DNA from: Octopus bimaculoides
Taxonomy: Eukaryota
Assembly (NCBI RefSeq): GCF_001194135.2
Contig: NC_068983.1
Span: forward strand, 142,972,796-143,036,795
Reading direction: 5' to 3'
Length of the DNA stretch: 64,000 nt
Made by a program: the position numbers and the translations under genes. Shown piece after piece: positions 13,132 through 25,130 of this stretch (the stretch's first letter is position 1; the number at the start of each line of letters is the position of its first letter). The notes beneath the pieces are model-generated. The model was not told the DNA's origin. It searched no databases and saw nothing but the letters and a program-made list of their open reading frames with translations.

Positions 13132-14896
13132 GTAAGTGTTTATTCTCTTTAAGCTTTTATGAAATATTATTTTGTAATGTATGTATATTGAATGTTGTGA
13201 GATATTAACCTGTAAACTGGATTCTGGTATTGTTAAATGAGTTAAACTTTCGAATATTTTAATGAACTTATTAAAAGATTAAGATCTATTGCAAAGCAAC
13301 TAATGTGTCAAGTATAAAGCTGTGGCTAAAATTATTGCCATATAATAGTTTAATCACAGCTTCTTTGATAATGTCATGGATGACCAGCAGATGGATTAAT
13401 GTTTGTGTTCTGTCAATGCATTTAGAATTGCTGAACTCAAATTTTGAAATCTAAGTAAGTAATGCAGACAGTTGTAATTTCTGTAAGTATTGGCAACATT
13501 GTGGAATTCATTTCATTGGAATACAATAGTCAATTTCATTCCTTCTTCGGGAAATAGCTATCTGTGATAGACTTGTTTCTTATCATGGGGAGATTTATCT
13601 CACATATGCTTAATGTTATTGAAATTGGAATTAAACACTGACTCTATAGATTATTGGGATTCAGAAAAAATTAACTTTTTTTTTTTTTTTTCTTTCTTAA
13701 CTATAAAAAGAGACATAGTGTTTGATGGGTTAGAATGTTGTTAAGCCATATATATACACATATTGAAAGAGATTGTACCATTCTCACATAGTTGTAAGTC
13801 AGCTAAGTAATTGCACCAAGATCTGACATGAGTATCTAAAATTATAGAGTTGTTTAATCTATATCTATTTGAAAAAAGAGGATTTAAATAAATAGATGAA
13901 TATCATTGAAGATTATTAAGTAAGGGATAATTGTTATAAAATTTATGCACAATCATTATTATATATCAAATGTAAATATAAATTTGAACAGCATTTCTTC
14001 AAAAACCTTAGATAATTGTCTTCATTCCAGTTTTATCTCTAGTTGATAATTATTTCATTTTACTTTGTGTATATATGTTATTTAAGTACACCGACTGAAG
14101 ATTATGCCTCTTTCAATTAATCTCTACTTCTTAGTAGAGTTTTTGATTGCGTGTTTGTTTTATTTCAGATTAATTTGATTAGTTATCCTGGCATATTACT
14201 TGTACTTATTGAGTATAATGACTATTTGAACAAAATACTTGGGTGTCAGATCATAAGATTATATCCCATTGTTTCTTTGAATTGCTGATAAGTTTTGATA
14301 CTATACAAAAGAAAAATCATATTTTTAAACTACTAGAACTTCTGTTGCTTATAAATGAACAAGGAAGATACAAAGACAAATGAAAACTAAATGTCCTAGC
14401 TTGTTGTTGCTGACACACTGAAAACTTGTTGATGTTTTTTCAATTAAACCATGTGTGCAGTTTTTATAATAGTAGGTTTGAAAATTAATATTTCCATCAT
14501 CATTATCATTGCAACCATTGATTAAAATTGTTATATTAAGATTAGTTTTTCTCTTATCTTTCTCTTATGGTGTTTAAAATTTTAAATTCAGGTCGATCAG
14601 CGATTTCTATACCAACTGACCTCACATGGATTTAGTTTTGATTGCACCACAGTCAATATAATGACATGAGAAAATTTGAAGAGGAAGTATATATATATAT
14701 CAGTTGAACAGAGCTTTGGAATTAGGAAGTGTTGTTTTGGTATATTGTCTGTAATATAATTAAATATATTTTGTGTTAATAAATTATTTATTATTTTTGT
14801 TTTGGCTTATGGTTATTGAATGTTTTCTTTCATTAATTTATCTGTATGTTATTGCTAAGAACTTCGTAACTGCAGTCTGGAATCGTTTTTCCACAG

Positions 14897-14972
14897 GACA
14901 CAAATATTCCAAACTATTTAACTGGTAAAGTTAGCTACAATTACATGACAAATATGGGGACCACCACCACAG
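14897..14972 (+). CDS. Candidate exon (Thr-rich linker-like)
   Basis: cgtttttccacag| ... CAG|gtaaga, open in phase 0 to 1: DTNIPNYLTGKVSYNYMTNMGTTTT. No bridging phase 1 to 0 exon was found upstream. Confidence 0.35.
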
Positions 14973-15649
14973 GTAAGAGGCACTTCTAAACAACCTAATG
15001 TGCCCAGGAACTTGGAAATCAATACCTTGGGTAGTATCTGATTAATCCCATCAATCTAGGTAACTGAAACTGTCAAAGTAAAAGGTTGTATCCTTTGAAC
15101 AATTTATGTTAACTTATGCTGAATCGCTGGTTTATCAAGCTACAGTATCTGTCCCAGGAGGCATGCATCGTTCTAGATAATTTTAATGGAGTGCTGTGAG
15201 GGCAACTTCTAGCTCTTCCTCTGAAATCACTCATCAACATTTAGATATATAGACAAAAGAACCAGCACAGTATTATTAAGCTACATCTGGTACTTGAAGC
15301 ATCACAATATTGACAACTTAAATATAAGTAATAAAATTGATAAAAAGTGTACAGCATATCTTCTGAAATTTCCATGGTCTCTGCATTGATGAAAAATACT
15401 TCTTCCTCATTAAAACAACAAATACTTTAAATGCACAGTCAGAGCTAATTTCTAAGAGCTGTTATGAAAACAAGTTCATTTCTTCCATCTTTGGCAGTAC
15501 TTTTGTGCCAGACTAAATATAAACATCTAATTGCTGGATGTTAACATCTTGTTTACTATAATGTATCTGAGATATATTGGAAACCAACAATATCTCAAAT
15601 CACACTGATAAACATCTGCTAAAAGAAGTATCCATTCTACCAACCAAAC

Positions 15650-15690
15650 TCATCTGAAGACTGCCCAAGGCAAGAAATTCTGAGTGATGG
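15650..15690 (+). ncRNA. Degenerate type I hammerhead ribozyme
   Basis: Stem I TCAT/ATGG, core CTGAAGA (15654-15660), stem II TGCC-caa-GGCA, GAAA (15674-15677), stem III ATTC-t-GAGT. The cleavage-site base is G (non-permissive) and the first stem II pair is C.A. Confidence 0.55.
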
Positions 15691-15799
15691 AATGCTGTAA
15701 ACTGGAATTATAACTCTATGTATTAAATATTTACTCCTCTTCCAAAAATGTTAGAATTCCCATGTGTGAAATAATGCTTACAAACACTATATATATATA

Positions 15800-17073
15800 C
15801 AGGGTGTCCCAAAATTAAAGCAATCAAAGTTTCAGGCTTTAATAACTATCAATAAATGTGATAAGATATGAAAATTATGCATCATTATAAAAGCTTAGTG
15901 TATCTTCTTTTTGTTTCAGACTAAATAAATTCAGATTTATAAATTAGATAATGGCTATAGACCAAAATACAATCATAACCCTCCGCAAAGGAGGTGAAAG
16001 AAATACAGCTATAGTAAAAATAGTTTTAAATTAATTGAAAAATTGCCAAGAAATTTCAAGAGATTGGTTTTTCTGCTGATTGACCTGGACGTGGCCAAAA
16101 AAGAAGTGTGCAGGCCCCTTAGCTTATCAAAAGTGCCAGAGAAAAGATACGGCAAAATTCTCATCATTCTGTCAGCAAACTGGCTATCACAGTAAAAATA
16201 AGCTGAACATTAATGTATTGAGTGCTGAACGAGGATCTCAGGACTCATCATACAAGATGATCCATTGTCATGAGCTCATGCAAGTTTATAAAGCCCTGAG
16301 ATTGGAGAGAAGTCATCTTATCCTGCATCAGATTGCTGAAGGCACACTGCCTTACCTGGTGCTCACTGATGAAAAGAAATTTGACATTGAACAGAGAGTA
16401 AACCACCAGAATGATCAACTTTGGAGTGTATCTGGCTCCTTTGAGAGTAGATTCATAAATCGATGTCAAAGTTCACAGTTAGTTATGGTCTAGGCAGCTG
16501 TGACAGCCACTGGAAAGTCTCACCTCGTTTTTGCACTCTCAAGTGTTAAAATCAACATCCAGTGATACATTAGTGACATTCTGGAAGCTGAACTGCTTCT
16601 ATGAGTAAATGAGCGCTTTCAAGGCTCATTTTGGAGCCTCCAACAGAACTCGGCACCATCCCACAGCTTCAAACAGACACAACACTGGATTCAGAAGAAC
16701 ATTCCAGCATTCATAGGCAAGGATGTATGGTCCTCAAGCAGCCCTGATCTCAACCTGTTGGATTTTTGTGTTTGGTCTATTTTGCAGATAAGGGTGTGGA
16801 GCATTCGTCATGCTTTGTCTGATGCTCTGAAGGCAAAACTGCACCATGAATGGGCTTTGATTCTGCAAGAACAGCTGTGTGCTGCATGTGAAGCATTTGC
16901 ACCTAGACTTAAGGCTGTGATTCGAAACAGAGGTGGTCATATTGAATAAATGTGGTAATGCCATAATTGTGTTTCCTTCACCATTGCATTGCAAACCTTG
17001 GACCTGAAATATAACGATATTTTGCTTTGGCAAAGTTGAAAAAAGTTGGTTGCCTTCATTTTGGGACATCCAA
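15800..17073 (+). mobile_element. Tc1/mariner superfamily transposon, maT (DD37D) family, near full length and inactive
   Basis: Imperfect TIRs ta|cagggtgtcccaaaa ... ttttgggacatccaa|ta. Transposase remnants VLTDEKKF, WSLQQNSAPSH...SPDLNLLDFCVWS and RLKAVIRNRGGHIE*. There are 37 residues between the 2nd and 3rd catalytic positions, the 2nd Asp reads Asn, and stops and frameshifts are present. Confidence 0.9.
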
Positions 17074-17100
17074 TATACACACTCGTACGCATGCATGCAT

Positions 17101-17149
<49 letters not shown>
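17101..17149. repeat. (CA)n microsatellite
   Basis: Directly visible. Confidence 0.98.
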
Positions 17150-17151
<2 letters not shown>

Positions 17152-17671
17152 TCTATGATAAAACATGTTCTTTGCAGATGTGTTATGATTAATGTGGGGG
17201 ATAAAATGGGATTTTAAGGCTGTATACAAAGCCTCAAACATTTATAAACCAAACAAAACTTATTAAATCATTAGATTAAAGTGATATTTAAATAGGTGAT
17301 TAAATTGGATTAAAAAACAAACTAGTTAGCTAATATGACATATGTAATGAGAGAGAGATGAGGTAAATAGAAATAATTAAGAACTTTCTTGAGTTAGTGT
17401 AGGTGAAGTATGATTGTCTTCTAATATATAATGATTTAGCCATAGAAAAAACAAGATGACAAACATCAAGAATATGATAAATCTCAACTACAGCTCAATG
17501 GAAGTTGTTTCTGCTGTACCCCTATTATTCACGTGTCTAACAACTCTCAGTGTTCTTACAAAGAAAAGTTATTGGGAGAAAGTTTCATTTGAAAATTGAA
17601 AATAGCCCTTTTGAAAGTAGGCTTCGGCTTTCTTGCTTTAACTTTCATAATGAGATGATATATTGTAAATA

Positions 17672-17913
17672 TTCTGTTGTGTCTGGGGAGAGTCATTTTC
17701 TTACTGTGCCTTGAAATTTAACACACTCACCATTAAAATTTCCACTTATTTCTTATTTTTATTTTCCTAGTCTTGACAGTCAAGACTATTGATAAGGTTG
17801 CAAGACGCAACGAAAATTTTAGGAAAATAAAAATAAGAAATAAGTGGAAATTTTACCGGTGTGTTAAATTTCAAGGCACAATAAGAAAATGACTCTCCCC
17901 AGACACAACAGAA
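17672..17913. mobile_element. Palindromic MITE, about 100-bp inverted arms, TA target duplication
   Basis: ta|ttctgttgtgtctggggagagtcattttc...ttttcctag pairs with taggaaaat...gaaaatgactctccccagacacaacagaa|ta. The central spacer contains the small palindrome gtcttgacagtcaagac. Confidence 0.85.
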
Positions 17914-20084
17914 TATGCTTCAACACATGAAATCACATAAAAAATCTTGCAAACTAAATCCCAAAACGAAATATTGTAAATATCTTAATATACTATTGAA
18001 AGTATTGTTGTTATTTGACAATATTTAGAGGATAAAATGTTAGAAATACTTCCCTTGTTTTTGTAGTAGGAGTCAGTAAAATAGTTTGCATTTCTCCAAA
18101 TAATGGACTGGTACCTAATTAATATACTGTACTTGCTTGTAAAGTTAAATCTTTGCTGTAATTAGGTTAGTAAATATATTATAAAAAATGGACATCTAAA
18201 CTTTTGTGGTTTATTTTTTTCTCCTGTATAAATTGAACTAATTTATTATTGAATAAGTTTGAGGAAACTATTGTTGAGATAGCTGATAGAATATTTAATT
18301 TGTTTTTAGATCTTATATTGCTTACAGTTGCTGCTTATTTTATTAAGAAGTGTTTAAACCCCTAATCTCTAATCATTATAATAATCTGTCTTTGAATCTC
18401 TATATACCAGTGTATGTTTGTGTTATCAATAAAAGTGCTCTTCTTACTATCATCTATTCTACTGTGATATATATAAAGGAAATAAACATATTATGATTAT
18501 AGCACCTTAATTACTCTTCTTCGTTATTACTGAATTATAAAAACTTTAACAACTTAATCTTCTGCAGCAGTCATGTTTTATAAGTTTATACTTTCTAAAT
18601 TTTATTTCCTTCATAGTAAACAGTTTGTTCTTGATAATTTAGACACAATGTCACACTGTACTGGGTCCTATGTGACCTTCCTGATGGCAAAATTTGAATT
18701 CAGTTGTGAGTAGGGGAAACAAATATTGTGAAGTATTGATTCCAACCTTTTACTATTTCAGCCATCTGCTGTACATCTCTCTGACTAAAAAGTAATTGTA
18801 ATTAGTAAGTGACTAGCATTAACTTAAGAAAACAGTTGTTTCATAATAATTAAAACTGGGCATTGTTCATTTATATAGAATTACTATAAGGAAAAATAGA
18901 ATTTTTGGTATTTTATATAATTATACATTTGAAAATATAGATTTTAATGACGGCTTGGAATATACTATCAGAGTGCAAAAAAAGTCAAATAATAATTAGG
19001 GTGTCTGATGTTTAACAAAGGCCATGGAAAAACTGAAACTTCTGGAAGAAGTTTAAACTTAGTAGCAATTGATCTAAAATAATATTTTAACAGGAAGTTA
19101 TTTCAGATTTTATTTTTAAGTTGTTTTTTTTTGTCCTAGTTAAAAGTTATTTCTAAGCCCTATGTCAAGCAAAATAACATCTTTTCTTATTTATTATAAA
19201 GACTGACATTGAATAAGTAAGTAATAAAGCTTTTTGAACTATTTTTTGAACTCTGTGTGTGTTTCTGTCAAGCAGTTACAGGAAATATCATATAATCAAT
19301 GATAAAGGTGTTAAGATTGTCTTTTGGCAGTTTAATAAAGATCACATTTCTGCACTTCAACACCATCAACTCTGTAAGGGCATTCACATATATTGAAGCC
19401 AAGTAAGTACTCTTACTTTTTTGACTTACATTTCATATAAATACATCATGGGGGAGAAACTGAGCCAGGTCCTAAAAATATGACTATCTGCATCGGCAGT
19501 TAATACAGTGATGATTAAAAGCTGATTAGCTATAAATGAATATCTAGTATGAGTACATAGTAACATGTTTGTGTAGTTTTGTAGTAAAAAAAAAAAAAAT
19601 TATAAAATGACAGTTGTACATCATTGATTAAATCCAACTGCAAAAGTTTACACCTGTTCATCATTGAAGTTAATACCATTTATTGAAATCCTTATAGTAA
19701 GCAGAATATTAGGTGCACAAGTTGTACTAGAGTAATTAATAATATAAACAAGTAGGAAGGGGACACTGTCTGTTTAACAGACTTTTTGGAAGTAATAAAT
19801 AGCGTTATTGAAGTGACATAGATAATACTGGAGATAAAGTAGCTAATGATAATGTCTTGAGTTCAGGTTTTTGAGGAAAGGAGTAATTGTCCTGCATGCA
19901 CAGTAATATGGTGCATCTTACTTTCTTTTCCTATAAAGTTAGCTTCAGAGTTTCTTGTCCTGTTTGATAAGGAAGTCCTTTGCATATGACCTTTCTTACT
20001 GTGCTTATAGCAAAATCTTCACAGTGTCTTCATCTCTATTAAGTTTGCTATATCATGACATGAGTAGAAGCCTGATAGTATATA

Positions 20085-20085
<1 letters not shown>

Positions 20086-20172
<87 letters not shown>
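20086..20172. repeat. (TG)n microsatellite
   Basis: Directly visible. Confidence 0.98.
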
Positions 20173-20177
<5 letters not shown>

Positions 20178-20834
20178 AGGTAGATTTTTTTTAAAGCTTT
20201 AGTTGAACAGTGTAGTCACATTTATTTCAGCTTGCTGAGCTCTATGACATTACCTGGCTAAAAGAGCTTGTTTTCATGAAACCAATTTTCATATTAAACA
20301 ACCATCACAATTAATGTATTATGGTAATTTTAAGAGGAATGTTATTTCTATTGGCAACAATGTGTTCCTTTGCCTGAAAAGCAGACAAAGCATGTATAAG
20401 AAAAAGTAGCTACACCAAAAACAAAAACTGGGCCAAACAGACAGGCCGAAACAGTTAAGAAAGAAAGAGTGAAAGAGAGAATTGTAAATCTATAAACAGC
20501 TAATAACTGTTGCTTTGCCAATGATATAAAGGATACAAAATATAAAGTGTTATGCTGATATTAGCAGCCTTATTTAGCTATGATTCTTCTGGTGAATTTA
20601 ACTCAGCAAATTCTACCGAGTTTAACTTTGCCTTACATTATTTTCAAATTGATAAAGGAAAGTACCAGTTGACTACTGAGGTCAGTTTAATCAAAACTAT
20701 ACTTTCCCTCAAAATTTGTGGCTTTGTGCCAATGTTAGAAATTGATATTTAGCAACCATGTATATAGCAGTTGATCAAGAAAGTCTGAAATGAAGTTCCA
20801 GTTTATTAAAAGTGCAAAAAATATGTAATAATTC

Positions 20835-21030
20835 CTTCTACTACATGCACAAGGCCTGAAATTTGGGGAGAGGTGTTTACTCAATTACATTAATCCCAGT
20901 GCTTGGTTTGCAGTTATTTTATCAAGCCTGAAAGGATGAAAGGCAAAGTCAATCTTAGCGGAATCTGAATTCCAAACATAAAACCACAAGAAATGCTGCT
21001 AAGCATTTTGTTTAGCATGTTAATGATTCT
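20835..21030 (-). mobile_element. Decayed tRNA-derived SINE (family C-like)
   Basis: gaaaggatgaaaggcaaagtcaa...ggaatctgaatt is the reverse complement of the family C core seen at 57930-58155. Confidence 0.6.
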
Positions 21031-21211
21031 TCCAATAATAAAAATAAGTAATAATAAAGACAAATAGATCAAGAATTTATTCATGTTATATCAGAAATGT
21101 AAATGTGTTGACTTTATAATGGTAGTGCTTATGGTAAGAATGGGGGAAATTTCAGCAAGAGCAAAGCTGAAACTGAAATATATATAATATTAAAATATTC
21201 CTCTTTCTTAG

Positions 21212-21370
21212 CTGAACAGGAAGATCAAAATTTTGGAGGCAAGAAAATTATAAATTGTGATGATATCTTTTCTAAAGCCATTTCAACCATAAACTGAAAC
21301 AGGATCAAGATTTCATCTGGTAAGGTCCCATCTGTAAAATCATCTATTACAAGTACAAAACCTCCTAACT
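21212..21370 (+). CDS. Candidate 159-nt symmetric exon with one in-frame TGA (21295-21297); alternative acceptor at 21302/21303
   Basis: Acceptor attcctctttcttag|, donor |gtatgt, phase 1 to 1: EQEDQNFGGKKIINCDDIFSKAISTIN*NRIKISSGKVPSVKSSITSTKPPN. Confidence 0.35.
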
Positions 21371-21514
21371 GTATGTATGTAGCAGAAAATTATTCTCGAT
21401 TCCTTCCCATTCCATAAAAAACAAAACAAAAACAAAAACAAAAAAAAAACAAAAAAAAACTAGTAGCATTTAGTATAAATCTTGTCCTATTTTATTACAT
21501 ATTCAGAAGAAATC

Positions 21515-21775
21515 ATCATCATCATCATCATCGTTTAAGGTCTGCTTTCCATGCTAGCATGGGTTGGACGATTTGACTGAGGACTGGTGAAACCAGATGG
21601 CTACACCAGGCTCCAATCTGATTTGGCAGAGTTTCTACACCTGGATGCCCTTCCTAACACCAACCACTCTGAGAGTGTAGTGGGTGCTTTTACGTGCCAC
21701 TGGCACGAAGGCCAGTCAGGTGGTACTGGCAACGGCCATGCTCAAAATGGTGTATTTTATGTGCCACCCGCACAA
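21515..21775 (-). mobile_element. SINE family A with (GAT)n tail
   Basis: The reverse complement matches the copies at 37426-37730 and 54218-54528; (cat)n tail at 21513-21531. Confidence 0.85.
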
Positions 21776-22321
21776 CGTTAATATTTGACCAATATAAAAT
21801 TAATGATTGAAAACAGAAGCAAACATTTTCTTTTTCTATGTGGTATTGGAACATATTTCATGCTACTATCATATACACTAATATCTTAGAGTGGCTTTGT
21901 AACTCTGGATTTCTTCTGGATTTTTTTTTCCATAATTAATTTTGTTTATGATATATCCTATTGCTTGTCTAGCATATATTAAAATAAATTGTAAAGATGG
22001 AAAAATTTTGATTAATAAAAAACATTTTTACTTTGTTTAATAAGCTTTCATTAAAAAAAAAATGTAGTTTCAATGTGAGATCAGAATGTTAGCTTTTAGT
22101 GAGCTAATCCATTCAGAAAGTTTGAAATTTTAATTGCTTAAAATAATTCATTCCCTCAAGATTCTTATTTGATCTTTCCTACAAACTGAAGCTGAATATG
22201 AAAAATAATTAAATAATATAAGCAGTGAAATTGTGCACTAACACATGCATGCATGTGTGTGAGTGTATACATGTGCATGTGTGTGTATATATGTGCATAA
22301 TATATATGCATACATATGCAT

Positions 22322-22353
<32 letters not shown>

Positions 22354-23739
22354 ACATACACACACGCACACACACACCTGTGGGGGACTATCTGTTTCTG
22401 TCCCACCTTCTGTTATGGACAGAGACTAAGATTAAATAAATTATTTTTCAGCTCATTTCAAAGTAACTGACAAATAGGTGTGATATCAGTACATTTTTAA
22501 TTGCTGACATCAAGATAAACACATACCCAGTTTATACTGTTGTCACAGTTGCTGACAATGGTAATCGTAAAAACTCCATTCAGAAATTTATGGATTATGA
22601 TGTAGAGTGCTATATTAAATACTTGCTTAACTTGTCTCTGTATAGAAAAATAAGCTTCACAATAGGAGCATTTTGTGGTGTAAAAAAATTGAAATTATTG
22701 CAATTGGGAATTGCAGTCAATTCTGATTCATGTGTATTGAATATTCAAATATCCACAACAGAAATTTTAGACAAAATATTGTACTTTACATACAAATATT
22801 CTAGCAAAATTATTTTCCTATTTTTTTCTTCTTTAACTGCATAAATTCATATTATGGTTGAATTAAGTTAAAAGTTTTCATGACATATTGTTAAGGTGTA
22901 TAATGTTTGACAGTTGACTGAGATATTAAAGTGAGAAAAGAGAGTGAGAAAAAGTTTCTGTGTGTGTGTGTGGTGGGGAACAGTGGTTTAAAATGTAAAA
23001 TACCGATCTTATCACCTGACAGAAAATGCTTTCTCTCTTCCATCAAATATTAGTGTTTTATTATTAAATAGCATCAACAACATACAGTCTTTACAAAACG
23101 AAAAGGAAACCTTGAAAACAATTCATTTGGGATGTTATAGATTGTCCAATAAATAGTATCAGTCGGACTGATGGATTTCAATGACAAGAAAAGGTCTTTC
23201 AGAAAACAAAATGTTCTTTGTTTTCAAATTGTTTTACCAAATTGTATTACCATGTACTGTAGTACATTTTATCATGTACAATGCAAACATCATCATCATT
23301 ACTGTCATTATTGTTAACTACTGTTAAAACTACTACTACTACTGCTACTGCTGCTGCTGCTGCTGTTATGGTCATTTACATCACCGCATTGTCAACACTA
23401 CTCTTAAAGACATGTAAATCTAGTTATCTATACAACTGTTACCACTATCATTATATTCATCGCATTACCATTATCTATACCACTAATACTTATATCATTG
23501 TCAACACCATTACTGTTATACTCTTCTACATCACCATTACTGTTATACGCTTCTACATCACCATTACCAAAACCACTGTCATCACTACCATTACTGTTAG
23601 TCATTTACACTACCATGACTATATTCTTTGTCATTCTCTTACATCTAGGCATCTGATATAGTTAGCAAGAGGAGAAGCCAAAAGTAATAGGTTTGCATAT
23701 GCTCTGTGACATGAGGGTCAGAGGCATGAGGTTTTCTGG

Positions 23740-25130
23740 ATTTCAAGACAGTACACTAGAAGAAAATGAGATGTTGAGGAAAAGTGTGTATAGAATGATA
23801 GTGGCTCACTTGCCCTCACTGACATCAAAAACCGAAATGCATAGAAATGCTGTTATGAGAGGTTATTGAATAAGGAGAATGCATAGAAAGGAAAGGGTCT
23901 AACCTACATAAACCTAACAGAGGGATTAGCCATTGAAGTTGACAGCTGTATGGTTTAAATGTGATTAATAATTTGAAGGCAGAGAAAGCAGCTGGACCAA
24001 GATGGTTAATCAATGAAATGTTTAAGATATCTAGTGAACTAGGTTACATGCTAGATATTCATAGTCACTCAGGTGCTATAGAAAGATGTCTTATTCAGTG
24101 ACTGGTGGAGCAGTATCCTCATCAACTTAGCTGATGCTCTAGAAAGGCAGAGCTGATGCTCTAGAAAGAAACAACAACAGGAGTATCAAATTGCTAAGCC
24201 CAGTATGGAAATATAGTTAGCAAAATGAGAATTAGCAATAAGTTCAGTGAAAAATTCAGCACGCCGGTAGGAGTTCATCAAGGCTCAATTCTCAAGCTCC
24301 TCCTATTTACTGTAGTCCTCTAAGCCATTGCAGAGATGTTTAACTCATTAGCATTCAGATTGCTCTGTCAAATGTGATGCTTATTTGTTAATGTTGTCTT
24401 GAATTGATCATGCATTATCTTGTAGCTTTGAAATTTCAATGATGTGATTGTTTATTTTTAGAATGACATTGTAAGATAGATGCGAAAGGTTGGATCTAGC
24501 CTGTTTTGACAGAAAATAGGTAGAATATTTAGGCTGGATATGGCCAGTATAAATGCTAAAGGGTTAAGACTGGGTGTTTGTGGAAGCTCCTATATGCTAA
24601 TGGCCTAGTTCTTATAATTGAATCAATTGTAGATTTACAGAAGAGATTCCAGATATGTAAGTAGGACCTAAAATTGAGAAACCTCAAAGTAAATGACATA
24701 GAGTAAGTAGGAAAGGAGACAGGACTCTGCTGCCATCAATACCCATGCTTTGATATGCAGAAATGGAGTGGGTGGAAATTCCATGCAGTGATCCTGCAAC
24801 TATGGATATACAAGCAGAATGATGGGATCATAGATAGAGAAGATAGTCTTCATATATAGCAGATGTGCTAAGAGGACATATAAGATAGATTCTGTCAAAT
24901 GCTCATAAGTTAGCAGTAAAAATATGTGTGAAATAAATTTCTGCAATACTTGGAAGGCTCACTAGAAGCAGTTGATCACAGTTATTACTGAGGTAACCTC
25001 ATTATCAGTGGATATAGTTGTCCTGGAAACAGTAATCAGAGCAAGAATGGAAAGGAAGAATTTCTGGTAGCAAATTTCACTCCTGGAACAAAGGATTGAA
25101 GTATGATATACTTCATGGCAGTTACCAAAC
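23740..25130 (+). mobile_element. RTE-clade LINE ORF2 fossil (RT domain and thumb), interrupted by a MITE
   Basis: Remnant motifs in order: LKAEKAAGP, DALERNNNRSIKLL, VGVHQGSILxLLLF, KTGCLWKLLYANG (decayed YADD), and Cys-rich PCxICRNGVGGNS; many stops and indels. Confidence 0.85.
24344..24563. mobile_element. piggyBac-type non-autonomous MITE with TTAA target duplication
   Basis: TTAA|ctcattagcatt ... aatgctaaaggg|TTAA. Removing it restores GAG ATG TTT AAG ACT GGG TGT (EMFKTGC) of the host RTE frame. Confidence 0.85.

Noticed and set aside
13360-13454. Exon candidate ending at a gtaagt donor
   Set aside because: The frame compatible with the upstream exon ends in TAA right at the donor; no support for coding.
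14592-14690. Exon candidate after aaattcag
   Set aside because: All three frames stop before a credible donor.
23281-23661. 126-aa Thr-rich ORF as a mucin stalk
   Set aside because: Built from degenerate trinucleotide repeats (CAT/ACT/GCT), with no convincing splice sites.
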